Source of the DNA: an uncultured Chloroflexia bacterium
GTDB taxonomy: Bacteria; Chloroflexota; Limnocylindria; Limnocylindrales; CSP1-4
DNA: 64,000 nucleotides
Reading direction: 5' to 3'
Assembly (NCBI GenBank): GCA_963764975.1
Contig: CAVXUF010000005.1
Location: forward strand, 88,454-152,453
Both the position numbers and the translations under genes were made by a program. Each line of letters opens with the position of its first letter. The stretch's first letter is position 1. A model generated the notes under the pieces. That model was given only the letters and a program-made list of their open reading frames with translations. It was not told where the DNA came from and did not search any database. This document shows positions 27,655-36,670 of the stretch, in pieces.

Positions 27655-29058
27655 ATGTGCGATTCGACCCGAACCCCGCTATCGTCGAGCCGCCGAAGAC
27701 GCCACCATCCGGGAGGCACCGTCCTGACTGGCCCACTCTGGAACGAGGCGATCGAGACGCTCTCGGCGCACGAACGGCGTCGCCTGGAAGCGTCGCGCCT
27801 GGTCGAGCAGATCGCCTACGACCATGCCACGAGCGAGTCATACCGGACGCGGCTCGACGCCGCCGGCGTCCGACGCGGCGACATCCGTGACGTGGAAGAC
27901 CTCGCCCGGGTCCCGTTCATGGAGAAGCGGGATGTGGCCGATTCCCAGGCGGATGGCACGTTGCTCGGCCTGAACCAGTGTGCGCCGCTCGACCGCATCG
28001 TCCGCATCCAGGCCACCGGCGGGACGACGGGCCAGCCCATCCGGATCGGGCTCACGCGACGTGATGTGGCTGACTACAGCGAGATGGGCGCCCGGGCGCT
28101 GTGGGCGATGGGCTGCCGGCCGGGCGACATCGTCTTCGAGTGCATGAACTACAACCTGTACTCGGGTGGCCTCAGCGACCATCTGACGTTCGAGACCCTT
28201 GGTGCGGCCACGATCCCGTTCGGGGTCGGGCACAGCGAGCGGTTGCTCACGATGATGGCCGGGCTCCGCGAGCCGGTCGGCATCTGGGCGACGCCCTCCT
28301 ATGCCGTGCGCCTCGCCGATGTGGCGGCGGGGCTCGGGCTCGATCCGCGGACGATCGGGCTCCGCAAGGGGTTCTTCTCGGGTGAGGCGGGGATGCAGGT
28401 CCCGGGCTATCGCGAGCGGATCGAGGAGACGTGGGGGATGGTGGCGCGAGACCAGTACGGGACCGGCGAGCTGGGGCTGCACTCCGGCGAGTGCGAGGCG
28501 CAGGACGGGGTCCACTACGGCGGGGTCGGGATCGCCATCGCGGAGCTGATCGACCCGGACACAGGTGATGTCCTTCCGTTCACCGACGGCCAGCAGGGCG
28601 AGGTGGTCTACACCTCGATCCATCGCGAGGCCAGCCCGCTCCTGCGCATGCGCTCGCACGACGTCATGCAGGTGTTCACGGACCCATGCCCGTGCGGTCG
28701 CACGAGCTTCCGATTCCGCATCCTCGGACGATCCGATGAGATGTTCATCGTGAAGGGCGTCAATGTCTTCCCGCTTTCGGTCCAGACGGTGCTCATGACG
28801 CTCGTGCCAGAGCTCACCGGGGAGTTCCGCGTGGTCATCGACCGTCCGCCCCCGATCGACTATCCGGTGCCGATCACCGTTGAGGTCGCTCGCGAGGTCC
28901 CGCAGGAGCGCCGGGAGCCGCTGGTTCGTGAGGTCACCGCTCGCTTGAAAGCGGCGCTCGACTTCACGGCGGCCGTCACGCTGGTCGAGCCTGGGACCAT
29001 CGCGGGCGACGGCAAGACCCGTCGCGTCATCCGCACGTATCGAGGGGAGGTCGCATGA
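27655..29058 (+). CDS. phenylacetate-CoA ligase family (PaaK / coenzyme F390 synthetase-like adenylate-forming enzyme)
   Basis: WNEAIETLS...L...RL opening. FMEKRDV and IQATGGTTGQP (P-loop-like AMP-binding motif). Also YGTGE and SDEMFIVKGVNVFP. The exact start is uncertain. Confidence 0.8.
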   Translation: MCDSTRTPLSSSRRRRHHPGGTVLTGPLWNEAIETLSAHERRRLEASRLVEQIAYDHATSESYRTRLDAAGVRRGDIRDVEDLARVPFMEKRDVADSQADGTLLGLNQCAPLDRIVRIQATGGTTGQPIRIGLTRRDVADYSEMGARALWAMGCRPGDIVFECMNYNLYSGGLSDHLTFETLGAATIPFGVGHSERLLTMMAGLREPVGIWATPSYAVRLADVAAGLGLDPRTIGLRKGFFSGEAGMQVPGYRERIEETWGMVARDQYGTGELGLHSGECEAQDGVHYGGVGIAIAELIDPDTGDVLPFTDGQQGEVVYTSIHREASPLLRMRSHDVMQVFTDPCPCGRTSFRFRILGRSDEMFIVKGVNVFPLSVQTVLMTLVPELTGEFRVVIDRPPPIDYPVPITVEVAREVPQERREPLVREVTARLKAALDFTAAVTLVEPGTIAGDGKTRRVIRTYRGEVA

Positions 29059-29813
29059 CGACGGTCGGACTCGAGGTTCGCGGCGACGTCGCGATCGTCA
29101 CGCTGGACCGCCCCGGGAAGCTCAACGCGATCGATGCCGAGCTGCTCGACGGTCTGCTGGACGCGATCGGCGTCGTCGCCGGCTCGGACGCCATCGGGGC
29201 GGCCGTGCTGACCGGTCGCGGTCGAGCGTTCTCCGCCGGTGGCGACATCACGGCGATGTCCGGGATGGATGACGAGACGTTCGCCGCGACGATCGCCCGA
29301 TACAAGCAGGTCGCGTCGGCGTTTCACACCTGCCCGAAGCCGATCATCGCGGCGGTCCATGGCTACGCCCTGGCGGGCGGGTTCGAGCTGGCGCTGTTGT
29401 GCGACGTGCGGTTCGCGGCGGTCGGCACCCAGTTCGGCTTGCCGGACACGCCCCTCGGACTGAGCCCGACCAGTGGCATGACGTATCTGTTGCCCAGGAT
29501 CATCGGACTGGGTCGGGCCATGGCCTTGACCCTGTCTGGCGACAGCATCGACGCGCTCGAAGCCGAGCGGATCGGGCTCGTGGATCGGGTCGTGGAGCCG
29601 GATGCCCTGCTGGCCGAGGCGGAGGCATTCGCGCATCGGATCGCCGGGTACCCGCGGGTCGGCGTCGCCTGGACCAAGCTCGGGTTTCATCGCGCGCTCG
29701 ACGGCTCGTTCGAGGACGCGACCCGGAGCGAAGCCGACGCCGAACTCGCCTCCTTCCGGGATCCGGCCACGCGCGAGAACATGCGCGCATTCGTGGACCG
29801 CAAGCGCGGGTAG
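29055..29813 (+). CDS. enoyl-CoA hydratase/isomerase (crotonase) family
   Basis: ATGA overlap with the ligase gene. VAIVTLDRPGKLNA, FSAGGDI and AAVHGYALAGGFELAL. Confidence 0.85.
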   Translation: MTTVGLEVRGDVAIVTLDRPGKLNAIDAELLDGLLDAIGVVAGSDAIGAAVLTGRGRAFSAGGDITAMSGMDDETFAATIARYKQVASAFHTCPKPIIAAVHGYALAGGFELALLCDVRFAAVGTQFGLPDTPLGLSPTSGMTYLLPRIIGLGRAMALTLSGDSIDALEAERIGLVDRVVEPDALLAEAEAFAHRIAGYPRVGVAWTKLGFHRALDGSFEDATRSEADAELASFRDPATRENMRAFVDRKRG

Positions 29814-29841
29814 GGTCGGCGCAAAGGTCCCAGCCCCCAGG

Positions 29842-29917
29842 CCCGGTCCTTGCCCCGGTCCTTGCGCCCGGTCCCCGGTCCTTTCTCCGGTCCTTGCGCC
29901 CGGTGCCCGGTCCTTGC
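29842..29917. repeat. degenerate tandem repeat, unit about 12 nt (CCGGTCCTTGC-N)
   Basis: gcCCGGTCCTTGCcCCGGTCCTTGCgcccggtccCCGGTCCTTtCtCCGGTCCTTGCgcccggtgcCCGGTCCTTGCt: five full and two truncated copies. The unit is not a clean multiple of 3 across copies, and the region is intergenic. Confidence 0.8.
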
Positions 29918-29927
29918 TCCCGGTGCA

Positions 29928-30013
29928 CGTTCTTGCACCAGGAGCACACAACAGCGTCGAGACGGTCTGGGACGGCGGCTACGCGTCGCTTCCTTGCCCC
30001 TGGTGCAAGAATT
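29928..30013. repeat. inverted repeat GTTCTTGCACCAGG / CCTGGTGCAAGAA with related GTGCAC-containing copies downstream
   Basis: TTCTTGCACCAGG (from about 29930) is the reverse complement of CCTGGTGCAAGAA (from about 30000). Related copies: GTTCTTGCGTCGGGTGCACGAAGAC near 30040, and GTGCATGAGGAGCAA / GTGCACGGGGAGCAC near 30097-30127. Confidence 0.7.
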
Positions 30014-30155
30014 GGCGTCGTCGGTGCGGTGCCCCTCGAGTTCTTGCGTCGGGTGCACGAAGACGCGCAGTTGGACGGCTTGGGCGGCCGTTTGTGTGCA
30101 TGAGGAGCAACATGTGCACGGGGAGCACGGAATCGACCTGAAAACGGCGGCGGAC

Positions 30156-30215
30156 GGCGGCACCGACGGGCGGCACCGACGGGCGGCACCGACGGGCGGC
30201 ACCGACGGGCGGCAC
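30156..30215. repeat. 13-bp tandem repeat (GGCGGCACCGACG) x4 perfect plus a partial fifth copy
   Basis: Read directly from the sequence. The 13-nt period cannot be an in-frame coding repeat. Confidence 0.9.
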
Positions 30216-30258
30216 TCGCGAGCGCCAAGCGAGCGCCCATCACGCCCGGCGACGGACC

Positions 30259-31020
30259 TTACGGCGAGGCGCGGAAGATGAGCCCCGAGGCACCGGCGTC
30301 GAGCGTGAGCACGTCGGCTTCGATCAGGTAGTCCGCTGTTGCGGACAGCACGGCCATCACGGCCTGTTCGACCGCCGCAGGACCGGCCTCGCAGCCTCGC
30401 TTGGTCAGCGCGATAGGACCGAACGTCAGGGTGTCGGCGGTCACGTCGACCGCCCCGCCGCCGGTGTTGCAGCCGGCCTCGACATCGATGCGGCCCCCGT
30501 TGATCCGGATGGCTGCGGCCACACCGACCGGCACGCTGGAGACCGCGTCACCCGTGACGATCCCGTCGAGGACCCAAAGCGTCCCCTCGATCGGCCTGTC
30601 CGGCGTCGCCACCTCGGCGTCGAGGAACGTGACCGAGACGGCGCCGTTCGTCAGGACCAGCGTGTCCCCGTCCAGGGCGACGGTGGCACCACCCAGGAAC
30701 GCCTCGAGCCATGTGTCCTGCTGCATCAGGGGTTCCTCGCAGGCCATCTCGGTCATCGACATCAGTCCCGTGATGAGTCGATCGCCTTCGAGCCGGTAGG
30801 TGCCGCCCATCGAGTTGCAGCCGGCCGAGGCACCCAGGTTGCCGTCCTGGAATGTCAATCGGATGCGGGACCCTGGAACCAGGTCCGCTCCAGCGATCGC
30901 GGTCGAGAGGTAGATGTGGCCGTCGAGGGTGGCCGACGGACCGGACGTACACGCGGTCGTCGAGGCGGCCAGCGCAAGGACGGCGAGGACGAACAGTCGG
31001 AATCGAAGTGGTCGGTGCAT
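30259..31020 (-). CDS. META-domain (HslJ-like) lipoprotein, two META repeats
   Basis: Lipobox LALAASTTAC. Two copies of the GCNxxGGxY / AGCNTGGG META pattern. Start taken at MHRPLRF (31020). Confidence 0.8.
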   Translation of the reverse strand: MHRPLRFRLFVLAVLALAASTTACTSGPSATLDGHIYLSTAIAGADLVPGSRIRLTFQDGNLGASAGCNSMGGTYRLEGDRLITGLMSMTEMACEEPLMQQDTWLEAFLGGATVALDGDTLVLTNGAVSVTFLDAEVATPDRPIEGTLWVLDGIVTGDAVSSVPVGVAAAIRINGGRIDVEAGCNTGGGAVDVTADTLTFGPIALTKRGCEAGPAAVEQAVMAVLSATADYLIEADVLTLDAGASGLIFRASP

Positions 31021-31073
31021 GGCCCCGGGACGGGCGGCGCGGCCATCGGGTTCCGGTCGTGTCACAGGGACCC

Positions 31074-31592
31074 TCATGCATCGGGCGCGATCGAGCCCCG
31101 AGCGATGCCTTCCATGAGCCCGACCAGGATCCGCGCGATCGCGTCGTCGTCGAGGCCGCCGGCAGCCAGGGATCGCCACGTCGTGAAGTCGATCGCGTGC
31201 CCGACGATGGCGTCGAGAGGGCCTCGAGGCGTCGCCCTGGAACCCGACGGCGTCGTCTAGGCATGCGTCCGACGCAACGGGTCGGCGAGATAGGCAGGGC
31301 CACCGGATCGACGTCGAGGAGCAGGCGTGCCGGGTGGCGTCGTTGGCGCGATGCCACGCGATCATCGCCCGCACGCCGCGGTCGAGTCGCTCCTGGCCTG
31401 AGGCGATCGAACGCCAGCCGTCCGGTCGGGCACGCAGACGTGGATCCCGTGCGTCGTGCAGGCCTCGTACAACGAATCGATGTCCGGGAAGTGCGCGTAG
31501 ACCGTGTGTCGCTGCAACCCGGCTCGCGCCGCGATCGCGCTGATCGTGGTCCGCGACGGGCCGATGGTCCGTGAAGGTCGATGCCCCGACAC
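31074..31592 (-). pseudogene. TetR/AcrR-family regulator, reading frame broken
   Basis: GTG at 31592 gives the HTH TISAIAARAGLQRHTVYAHFPDIDSLYEA, then hits an in-frame TGA at 31362. TetR-like C-terminal text is only readable after changing frame. Examples are DGWRSIASGQERLDRGVRAMIAWH and LLLDVDPVAL. The tail LDAIVGHAIDFTTWRSLAAGGLDDDAIARILVGLMEGIARGS ends at 31074. Confidence 0.5.
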
Positions 31593-31593
31593 G

Positions 31594-31788
31594 ATGAAAT
31601 TCTACTTCGATCGCCCTGACCGAGATCTTCCTCGGCATCCGCTAGGAGCCTTCCATCGCGGGTACGGGGCGGACCTTCGACGCGCGATCGGGTGGATCGC
31701 ATACCTGGTGATCTCGATCCCCGCCCTGGCCGTCGTCTGGTTCATCGGCGTGGCGACTCTCAGCGGAGCGCTCGGCAGCCCGTTCTGA
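31594..31788 (+). CDS. possible small membrane protein or gene fragment
   Basis: MKFYFDRPDRDL...IGWIAYLVISIPALAVVWFIGVATLSGALG. Divergent from the TetR remnant. No RBS seen. Confidence 0.3.
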   Translation: MKFYFDRPDRDLPRHPLGAFHRGYGADLRRAIGWIAYLVISIPALAVVWFIGVATLSGALGSPF

Positions 31789-32061
31789 TCGTCCGGTCGT
31801 GCGACGTCGGGTGTCGTTGACGCCACCCGACAGCGATCCGGTTCCGGCTCGCGAGCGCGCCGTCGCCGATGTCGCCGGCGTGGTGATCTTGGATCCGTGA
31901 CGAGCTGTCCGACGATCGCCTCGACGCGCTCGCGGTCGAATTCGGGACCACGATCGACATGGCCTGGGTCCCGGACCTCGCCGCCCGGCACGGCCTCGAG
32001 GTCACCCTTAGTGGTATTCGCTGACAGCCTGACACCGTGGCTCGATGTCGGACGGCGATGG

Positions 32062-32421
32062 CTACATCTCCATCGGGCTCATGAGCTGGAAGTAGTTGTC
32101 GTCCGGATCGGCGAGCGTGGCGATCGACGAGCCGGGTTGGCCGTCGAAGCCGTACGGCTCGGCGATGACGATCGCGCCGGCGGCCTTCATCCGGTCGAAG
32201 TCGCCCTGGACGTCCTTGGTCTCGATGTTCCAGATGATCCGACCGGGGGCGGTGCTCTTGCCCTTGACCTCGGAGTGCGGCCCGACGGTCACGAACCCCG
32301 AACCGAGCTGCCAGCCCGTGTAGCCGCCGTCCGAGAACCCGGGCTCCCCGAGGACGCGGGTGTAGTACTCGACCAGGCGATCCGGATCTTCGGACCCGAT
32401 GAGGATGCTGTTGAAGTCCAT
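32062..32421 (-). CDS. VOC (glyoxalase/bleomycin-resistance) family protein
   Basis: 119 aa, MDFNSILIGSEDPDRLVEYY...IATLADPDDNYFQLMSP. GGAAGGAGG lies upstream of the ATG at 32421. Confidence 0.85.
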   Translation of the reverse strand: MDFNSILIGSEDPDRLVEYYTRVLGEPGFSDGGYTGWQLGSGFVTVGPHSEVKGKSTAPGRIIWNIETKDVQGDFDRMKAAGAIVIAEPYGFDGQPGSSIATLADPDDNYFQLMSPMEM

Positions 32422-32523
32422 GTGCGCCTCCTTCCAGCTCAGTATCGGTGGTCCGGACCGACCGCGTGCGAGACGCTCGCCACGGGACGTGACGGGAATC
32501 CGCCGCGCCTGTACCGTCCGCCC

Positions 32524-33585
32524 ATGACCGAGAACGTCCTCGACCGGAGCGGGGAGGCGGCGCTGTATCGGGCGCTGCGGCGGTTCTGGCACCCGGTGGC
32601 ATGGGCGTCGGATGTCACGGATCGACCGATCGCCGCTCGCCTGCTCGACGAGCCCCTGGCCCTCGTCCGTCTCGACGGGCAGGTCCGCGCCTTCAAGGAC
32701 CTGTGCGTCCATCGTGGGACGGCCCTCTCGTTGGGTTGGGTCGATGATGGGCGCCTCGTCTGTGCCTACCACGGCTGGACGTACGACCCCGACGGTGTCT
32801 GTGTCCGGATCCCGTCGAGCCACGGGACCAACATCCCGCGCAAGGCCCGGATCACGTCCTATGCCGCCGCCGAGCATGCGGGGCTGATCTGGGTCTGCCT
32901 GGGTGGCGACGACGCGACCGGCGGCGACGGCACCTCGGAACCCGCGCTGCCACTCCCCGAGTTCCCGGAATGGGACGACGCCACCTACCGCAAGATCACG
33001 ATCCCCCAGTACGACTGGCACTGCAGCGCCGCGCGTCGCGTGGAGAATTTCGTGGACTTCAGCCACTTCGCGTGGGTCCACGAGGGCATCCTCGGCGATC
33101 GTTCGAAGCCCGAGATCCCCGACCATGACGTGATCCGCACCGACACCACGCTCTGGTTCCGGCTCGGCATCGAGGAGCCGGCGACCGAGGTCAAGGGCGA
33201 CACCGATGCCACCGACCGGATCCAGCGCGACCCGTCGCACTACACGGTGTCCATGCCGTTCACCGTCCGGCTCGATCAGCCGCTCGAGGGCGACCGGCAC
33301 TTTGTGCTGTTCGTGGCGTCCTGCCCGCTCTCGGCAAAAGAGACCCGCAACTTCACCTGGAACGCGCGCAACTACGACCTGGACCCGGCGCGGGACCAGA
33401 GCTTCGTCGACTTCCAGCAGCTGATCCTCGAGCAGGACCGCGTCGTCGTGGAGTCCCAGCGACCCGAAGAACTGCCGATCGACCTGTCCGAGGAACTGCA
33501 CATCAAGGGCGTCGACCGCGTCTCGATCGACTACCGCCGCTGGCTCGGCGAGATCGCCGCCGGCGCCGACACCCTGTCCGACTGA
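32524..33585 (+). CDS. Rieske [2Fe-2S] non-heme-iron oxygenase, alpha-subunit type (VanA/KshA-like)
   Basis: Rieske motif CVHRG...CAYHGW. Non-heme iron region NFVDFSHFAWVHEG. Start at MTENVLD. Confidence 0.85.
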   Translation: MTENVLDRSGEAALYRALRRFWHPVAWASDVTDRPIAARLLDEPLALVRLDGQVRAFKDLCVHRGTALSLGWVDDGRLVCAYHGWTYDPDGVCVRIPSSHGTNIPRKARITSYAAAEHAGLIWVCLGGDDATGGDGTSEPALPLPEFPEWDDATYRKITIPQYDWHCSAARRVENFVDFSHFAWVHEGILGDRSKPEIPDHDVIRTDTTLWFRLGIEEPATEVKGDTDATDRIQRDPSHYTVSMPFTVRLDQPLEGDRHFVLFVASCPLSAKETRNFTWNARNYDLDPARDQSFVDFQQLILEQDRVVVESQRPEELPIDLSEELHIKGVDRVSIDYRRWLGEIAAGADTLSD

Positions 33586-33589
33586 CCCC

Positions 33590-34465
33590 GTGTCGAGCGG
33601 GCGACTCGAACCGGACGCGCGACCCGACCCGGAGGGCGTCGCGTTTCAAGCCGTCGCCCGATCCGATCGGCGGGGCGCGGTCGTGATCCTGGGACTGGCG
33701 GTCGTCATCCTGGGTGTCGCGCTGCTGACCCGCGAGTCCGCGCCGCCGGATCGTGACCCGATCGCGGTCTCCAGCGCGTCGCCACAGGGATCGCTCGGCG
33801 ACAGCCTGATCTCGTCGCCGCGACCGACACCGACCCCCGGCGCGCCCGAACGCGACCCGCGCGTCACGCCACACCCGACGTTCGTCGTGGAACCGGTCGA
33901 CGCCGGCACGACGACCCTGATACCGCCGGGTGGACCGCCGATCCGGGTGACCGTGGACCTGCCGGCTGGCTGGGCCCGGGCGGGCGACGGCATGGTCGTT
34001 CGGTCAGGCGGTGGGGCGCCCGATGGCGCCTCGCTCGGCGTCTGGACGATCGAGCACGTCTTCGTCTTCCCGTGTCGATGGTCGAGCGACGTCTTCGTCG
34101 ACCCGGCGCTGATGTTTACGGCGGCGGGACAGGCCCGCGCGCTGACCGCGTGGTGGGGGCAGGATCCAGGCGCCCCGCCACCATCGAACGTCTCGATCGC
34201 GCCCATCGCGACCCGGCCGTCGCCGGCGCCGTTCCTTGGCTTCGACGCCTGGAACCTCGAGGTTCTTGTCCTACGAGGCTTCGACTTCCACGCGTGCGAT
34301 GGGGCCCAACTTGTGCTGTGGCGGGCGTCCGACGGCCAGGTCCGCTACGGGCTGGGCCGCGGCGAGCTCCATCGACTCGCGGTCGTGGATGTCGACGGGG
34401 TGGTCATCGTCATCGATGCGGCGTCATTCCCGGGGACGTCGGCCGGCGGATGTCGCAGCGCTTGA
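33590..34465 (+). CDS. membrane-anchored hypothetical protein (C-terminus possibly continues to 34505 in another frame)
   Basis: GTG start. One TM, AVVILGLAVVILGVALL, a Pro-rich linker, then a globular domain. Confidence 0.6.
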   Translation: MSSGRLEPDARPDPEGVAFQAVARSDRRGAVVILGLAVVILGVALLTRESAPPDRDPIAVSSASPQGSLGDSLISSPRPTPTPGAPERDPRVTPHPTFVVEPVDAGTTTLIPPGGPPIRVTVDLPAGWARAGDGMVVRSGGGAPDGASLGVWTIEHVFVFPCRWSSDVFVDPALMFTAAGQARALTAWWGQDPGAPPPSNVSIAPIATRPSPAPFLGFDAWNLEVLVLRGFDFHACDGAQLVLWRASDGQVRYGLGRGELHRLAVVDVDGVVIVIDAASFPGTSAGGCRSA

Positions 34466-34501
34466 GGCGATCGTCGAGTCGATCGTGATCGAGCCGACGC
34501 C

Positions 34502-35017
34502 CTAGGTTCGGTAGACCGAGCTGAACGCGTCGTTGAACGAGCCGAGCGACGAGACCCACTGGTTGCAGCAGAACGAGTCGTTGGCGCCGCCGCCGAACCA
34601 GTCGACGTAGAACCGCCCGGTCTCGGAGTTGCGACCCTTGTACGAACTGATGCGGTCATTCCAGCCGATGGTCGCGAGGATGTCGTAGTCCTGCGAGGCG
34701 GCGATCGAAGCGCCGCCGTACGAGCTGTGTTCATAGAACGTCACGTAGACCACCGCCGCCGCAGCAGCCGTCGCGCCCGCCGGTGCGCGCACCGCGCCCA
34801 ACGCGACATCGCGGGCCTCCGCGGTCCTGAAGCAATGGATGACCGGGAAGTCGAGGTCATGGCAGTGGTACTCGCCGACGCTGATCAACGGGATCGGCTT
34901 GCCGTCGAGGTCCGCCGAACGCGGGCCGTCGTCCATCGCGCCGGCGAGTGCGGACGGGGCCGTCCCTAGGAGAAGACCGAGCAACACGACCATGACCAGC
35001 CAGGGACGTGCATGCAC
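34502..35017 (-). CDS. secreted beta/gamma-crystallin-like (peptidase-inhibitor I36-like) protein
   Basis: Signal peptide WLVMVVLLGLLLGTAPSALA. VTFYEHSSYGG...WNDRISSYKG is the I36 / beta-gamma-crystallin-type motif. Confidence 0.65.
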   Translation of the reverse strand: MHARPWLVMVVLLGLLLGTAPSALAGAMDDGPRSADLDGKPIPLISVGEYHCHDLDFPVIHCFRTAEARDVALGAVRAPAGATAAAAAVVYVTFYEHSSYGGASIAASQDYDILATIGWNDRISSYKGRNSETGRFYVDWFGGGANDSFCCNQWVSSLGSFNDAFSSVYRT

Positions 35018-35080
35018 TTGTGCCTTCTCCTTTCCCTCAAGGGACGATCCCGAACCGGGCCTCTGCTAGGCTCCCAGCCT

Positions 35081-36670
35081 ATGGGAGCTATCCCGAGCGA
35101 CCAAGCCGAAAGGACCCTGTTGCGATGGCAGGGAAATCCCTATCGCCCAGTCCTCGACCGGCTCTCGTGGGCACGGCACTTCGCGCCGTTCCTGCCTGGC
35201 CTCACGGCGCTGGTCATCGCCATGAGCGCGTTCTCGGCGGCATCGGTCGGGTCGGCGACATCGGGTATCGGTGTCGCCGGCGATCGCGTCGTCAGCGTCG
35301 TGCCAACGGGCTTCGCGTGGCACCTCGGCGTCCGCGTCGGACAGTCGGTCGTCGCGAGTGACGTGGAGGCGGAACCGGTGGGCGCATATTTGAGCGTCAT
35401 GGGCCCGGGTGGCCCGATCGAGGTCGATGAAGGCTTCCAGACCGGCATCCTCCGAAATACCGTCGGGATCGCGATCATCGCCCTGATCCTGGCCGCGGTC
35501 GCCGTCGCGAGCCGGGCGGCCGCCCCTGGCGCGAGCACCTTGGCGGCCATGATCGCCCTCCCGCTGGCATCGGTCCCGCTGTCGGTGCAGGGCGATCCGC
35601 TGGCATCCACCGCGGGCCTCGCGGCCGCCGCGATCGTGCCGGTCGGCTGGGGGATCGCCCGATTGCGCTGGCGCCGCGTCCGGATCGTCGCCGCGGCGCT
35701 CGCGTTCGTCGCGCTCGGTGCCTGGGCGGTCACGAGGTTGCTGGGCCTTGATGCCCATTCGGTGCTCGACGGGCTCCGGTCGACCGTCGGTCTTGGGTTC
35801 ACGCTCGTCGCGGCGGTCGCGCTCCTGCTCCTCCCCGCGTGGCGCGCCCGCGGGACCCGCGGCGCCATCCGGATCCGCCCGCTCGACGTGCTGGTCTTCG
35901 GCGTCCTGTTCGGCGGCAGCGTGGTGATGCTCAACGTGCTCTATGTGCCCGAACTGATCGTGGCGGGGATCCTCGTGGCCGGTCTCGCGATCTATCCGGC
36001 GACCCGCCACCGACTGACCGCCGGCGCGGATCGGCTGGTCCTCGGTGGCGTCCGTGAGACCGCCGCGATCGCCGCGACGGAGCGAGAGCGCTCCCGGATG
36101 GCCTCCGAACTCCACGATTCGTCGATGCAGGAGCTGAGCGGGATCATCCGCCAGCTCGAGCGGCTCCCCGAGGCAGGCCCGGAGCGCGACGCTCTCCGCG
36201 ACGTCGCCGAACGTCTCCGCGAGGTGGCGACCGGGATGCGCCCGCCGATGCTGGACGACCTTGGGTTCGTGCCGGCCCTCGGCTATCTTGCCGACCGGGC
36301 CGCCCGACCGGACCGAACCGTCCGGGTCGCCATCGATGACTCGACCGGGATCGCATCCGCCGAGCGCGTTCCCCCCGACGTCGAGCTCGAGCTGTACCGG
36401 ATCTGCGAGGAGGCGGTCAACAACGCGGTGACGCACGCGCGCGCGACCAGGATCGACATCAGCGGCCGCGTCTCGACCGACGAGGTCCGGTTGCGGATCC
36501 GCGATGACGGCGTCGGGATCGCGGCCGACGAGATCGAACGGGCGCAGCGTGCCGGCCGGCTGGGCCTCGTCTCGATGCGCCGGCGTGCCGCGACCATCGG
36601 GGCGACGGTGTCGACATCGTCCGACGGCCCCGGGCGCGGCGTGACGGTCGAGGTCGGCTGGCGTCGATGA
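35081..36670 (+). CDS. sensor histidine kinase (NarL-class, HisKA_3) with a polytopic N-terminal region
   Basis: H-box ERERSRMASELHDSSMQEL. N-box ICEEAVNNAVTHA. G-box-like DDGVGI. About eight TMs. Confidence 0.85.
   Translation: MGAIPSDQAERTLLRWQGNPYRPVLDRLSWARHFAPFLPGLTALVIAMSAFSAASVGSATSGIGVAGDRVVSVVPTGFAWHLGVRVGQSVVASDVEAEPVGAYLSVMGPGGPIEVDEGFQTGILRNTVGIAIIALILAAVAVASRAAAPGASTLAAMIALPLASVPLSVQGDPLASTAGLAAAAIVPVGWGIARLRWRRVRIVAAALAFVALGAWAVTRLLGLDAHSVLDGLRSTVGLGFTLVAAVALLLLPAWRARGTRGAIRIRPLDVLVFGVLFGGSVVMLNVLYVPELIVAGILVAGLAIYPATRHRLTAGADRLVLGGVRETAAIAATERERSRMASELHDSSMQELSGIIRQLERLPEAGPERDALRDVAERLREVATGMRPPMLDDLGFVPALGYLADRAARPDRTVRVAIDDSTGIASAERVPPDVELELYRICEEAVNNAVTHARATRIDISGRVSTDEVRLRIRDDGVGIAADEIERAQRAGRLGLVSMRRRAATIGATVSTSSDGPGRGVTVEVGWRR

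Noticed and set aside
30156-30215. Tandem 13-bp arrays (also 55815-55879) and 12-bp arrays considered as CRISPR.
   Set aside because: The units are contiguous with no spacers and are far shorter than CRISPR repeats. No cas genes are in the window.
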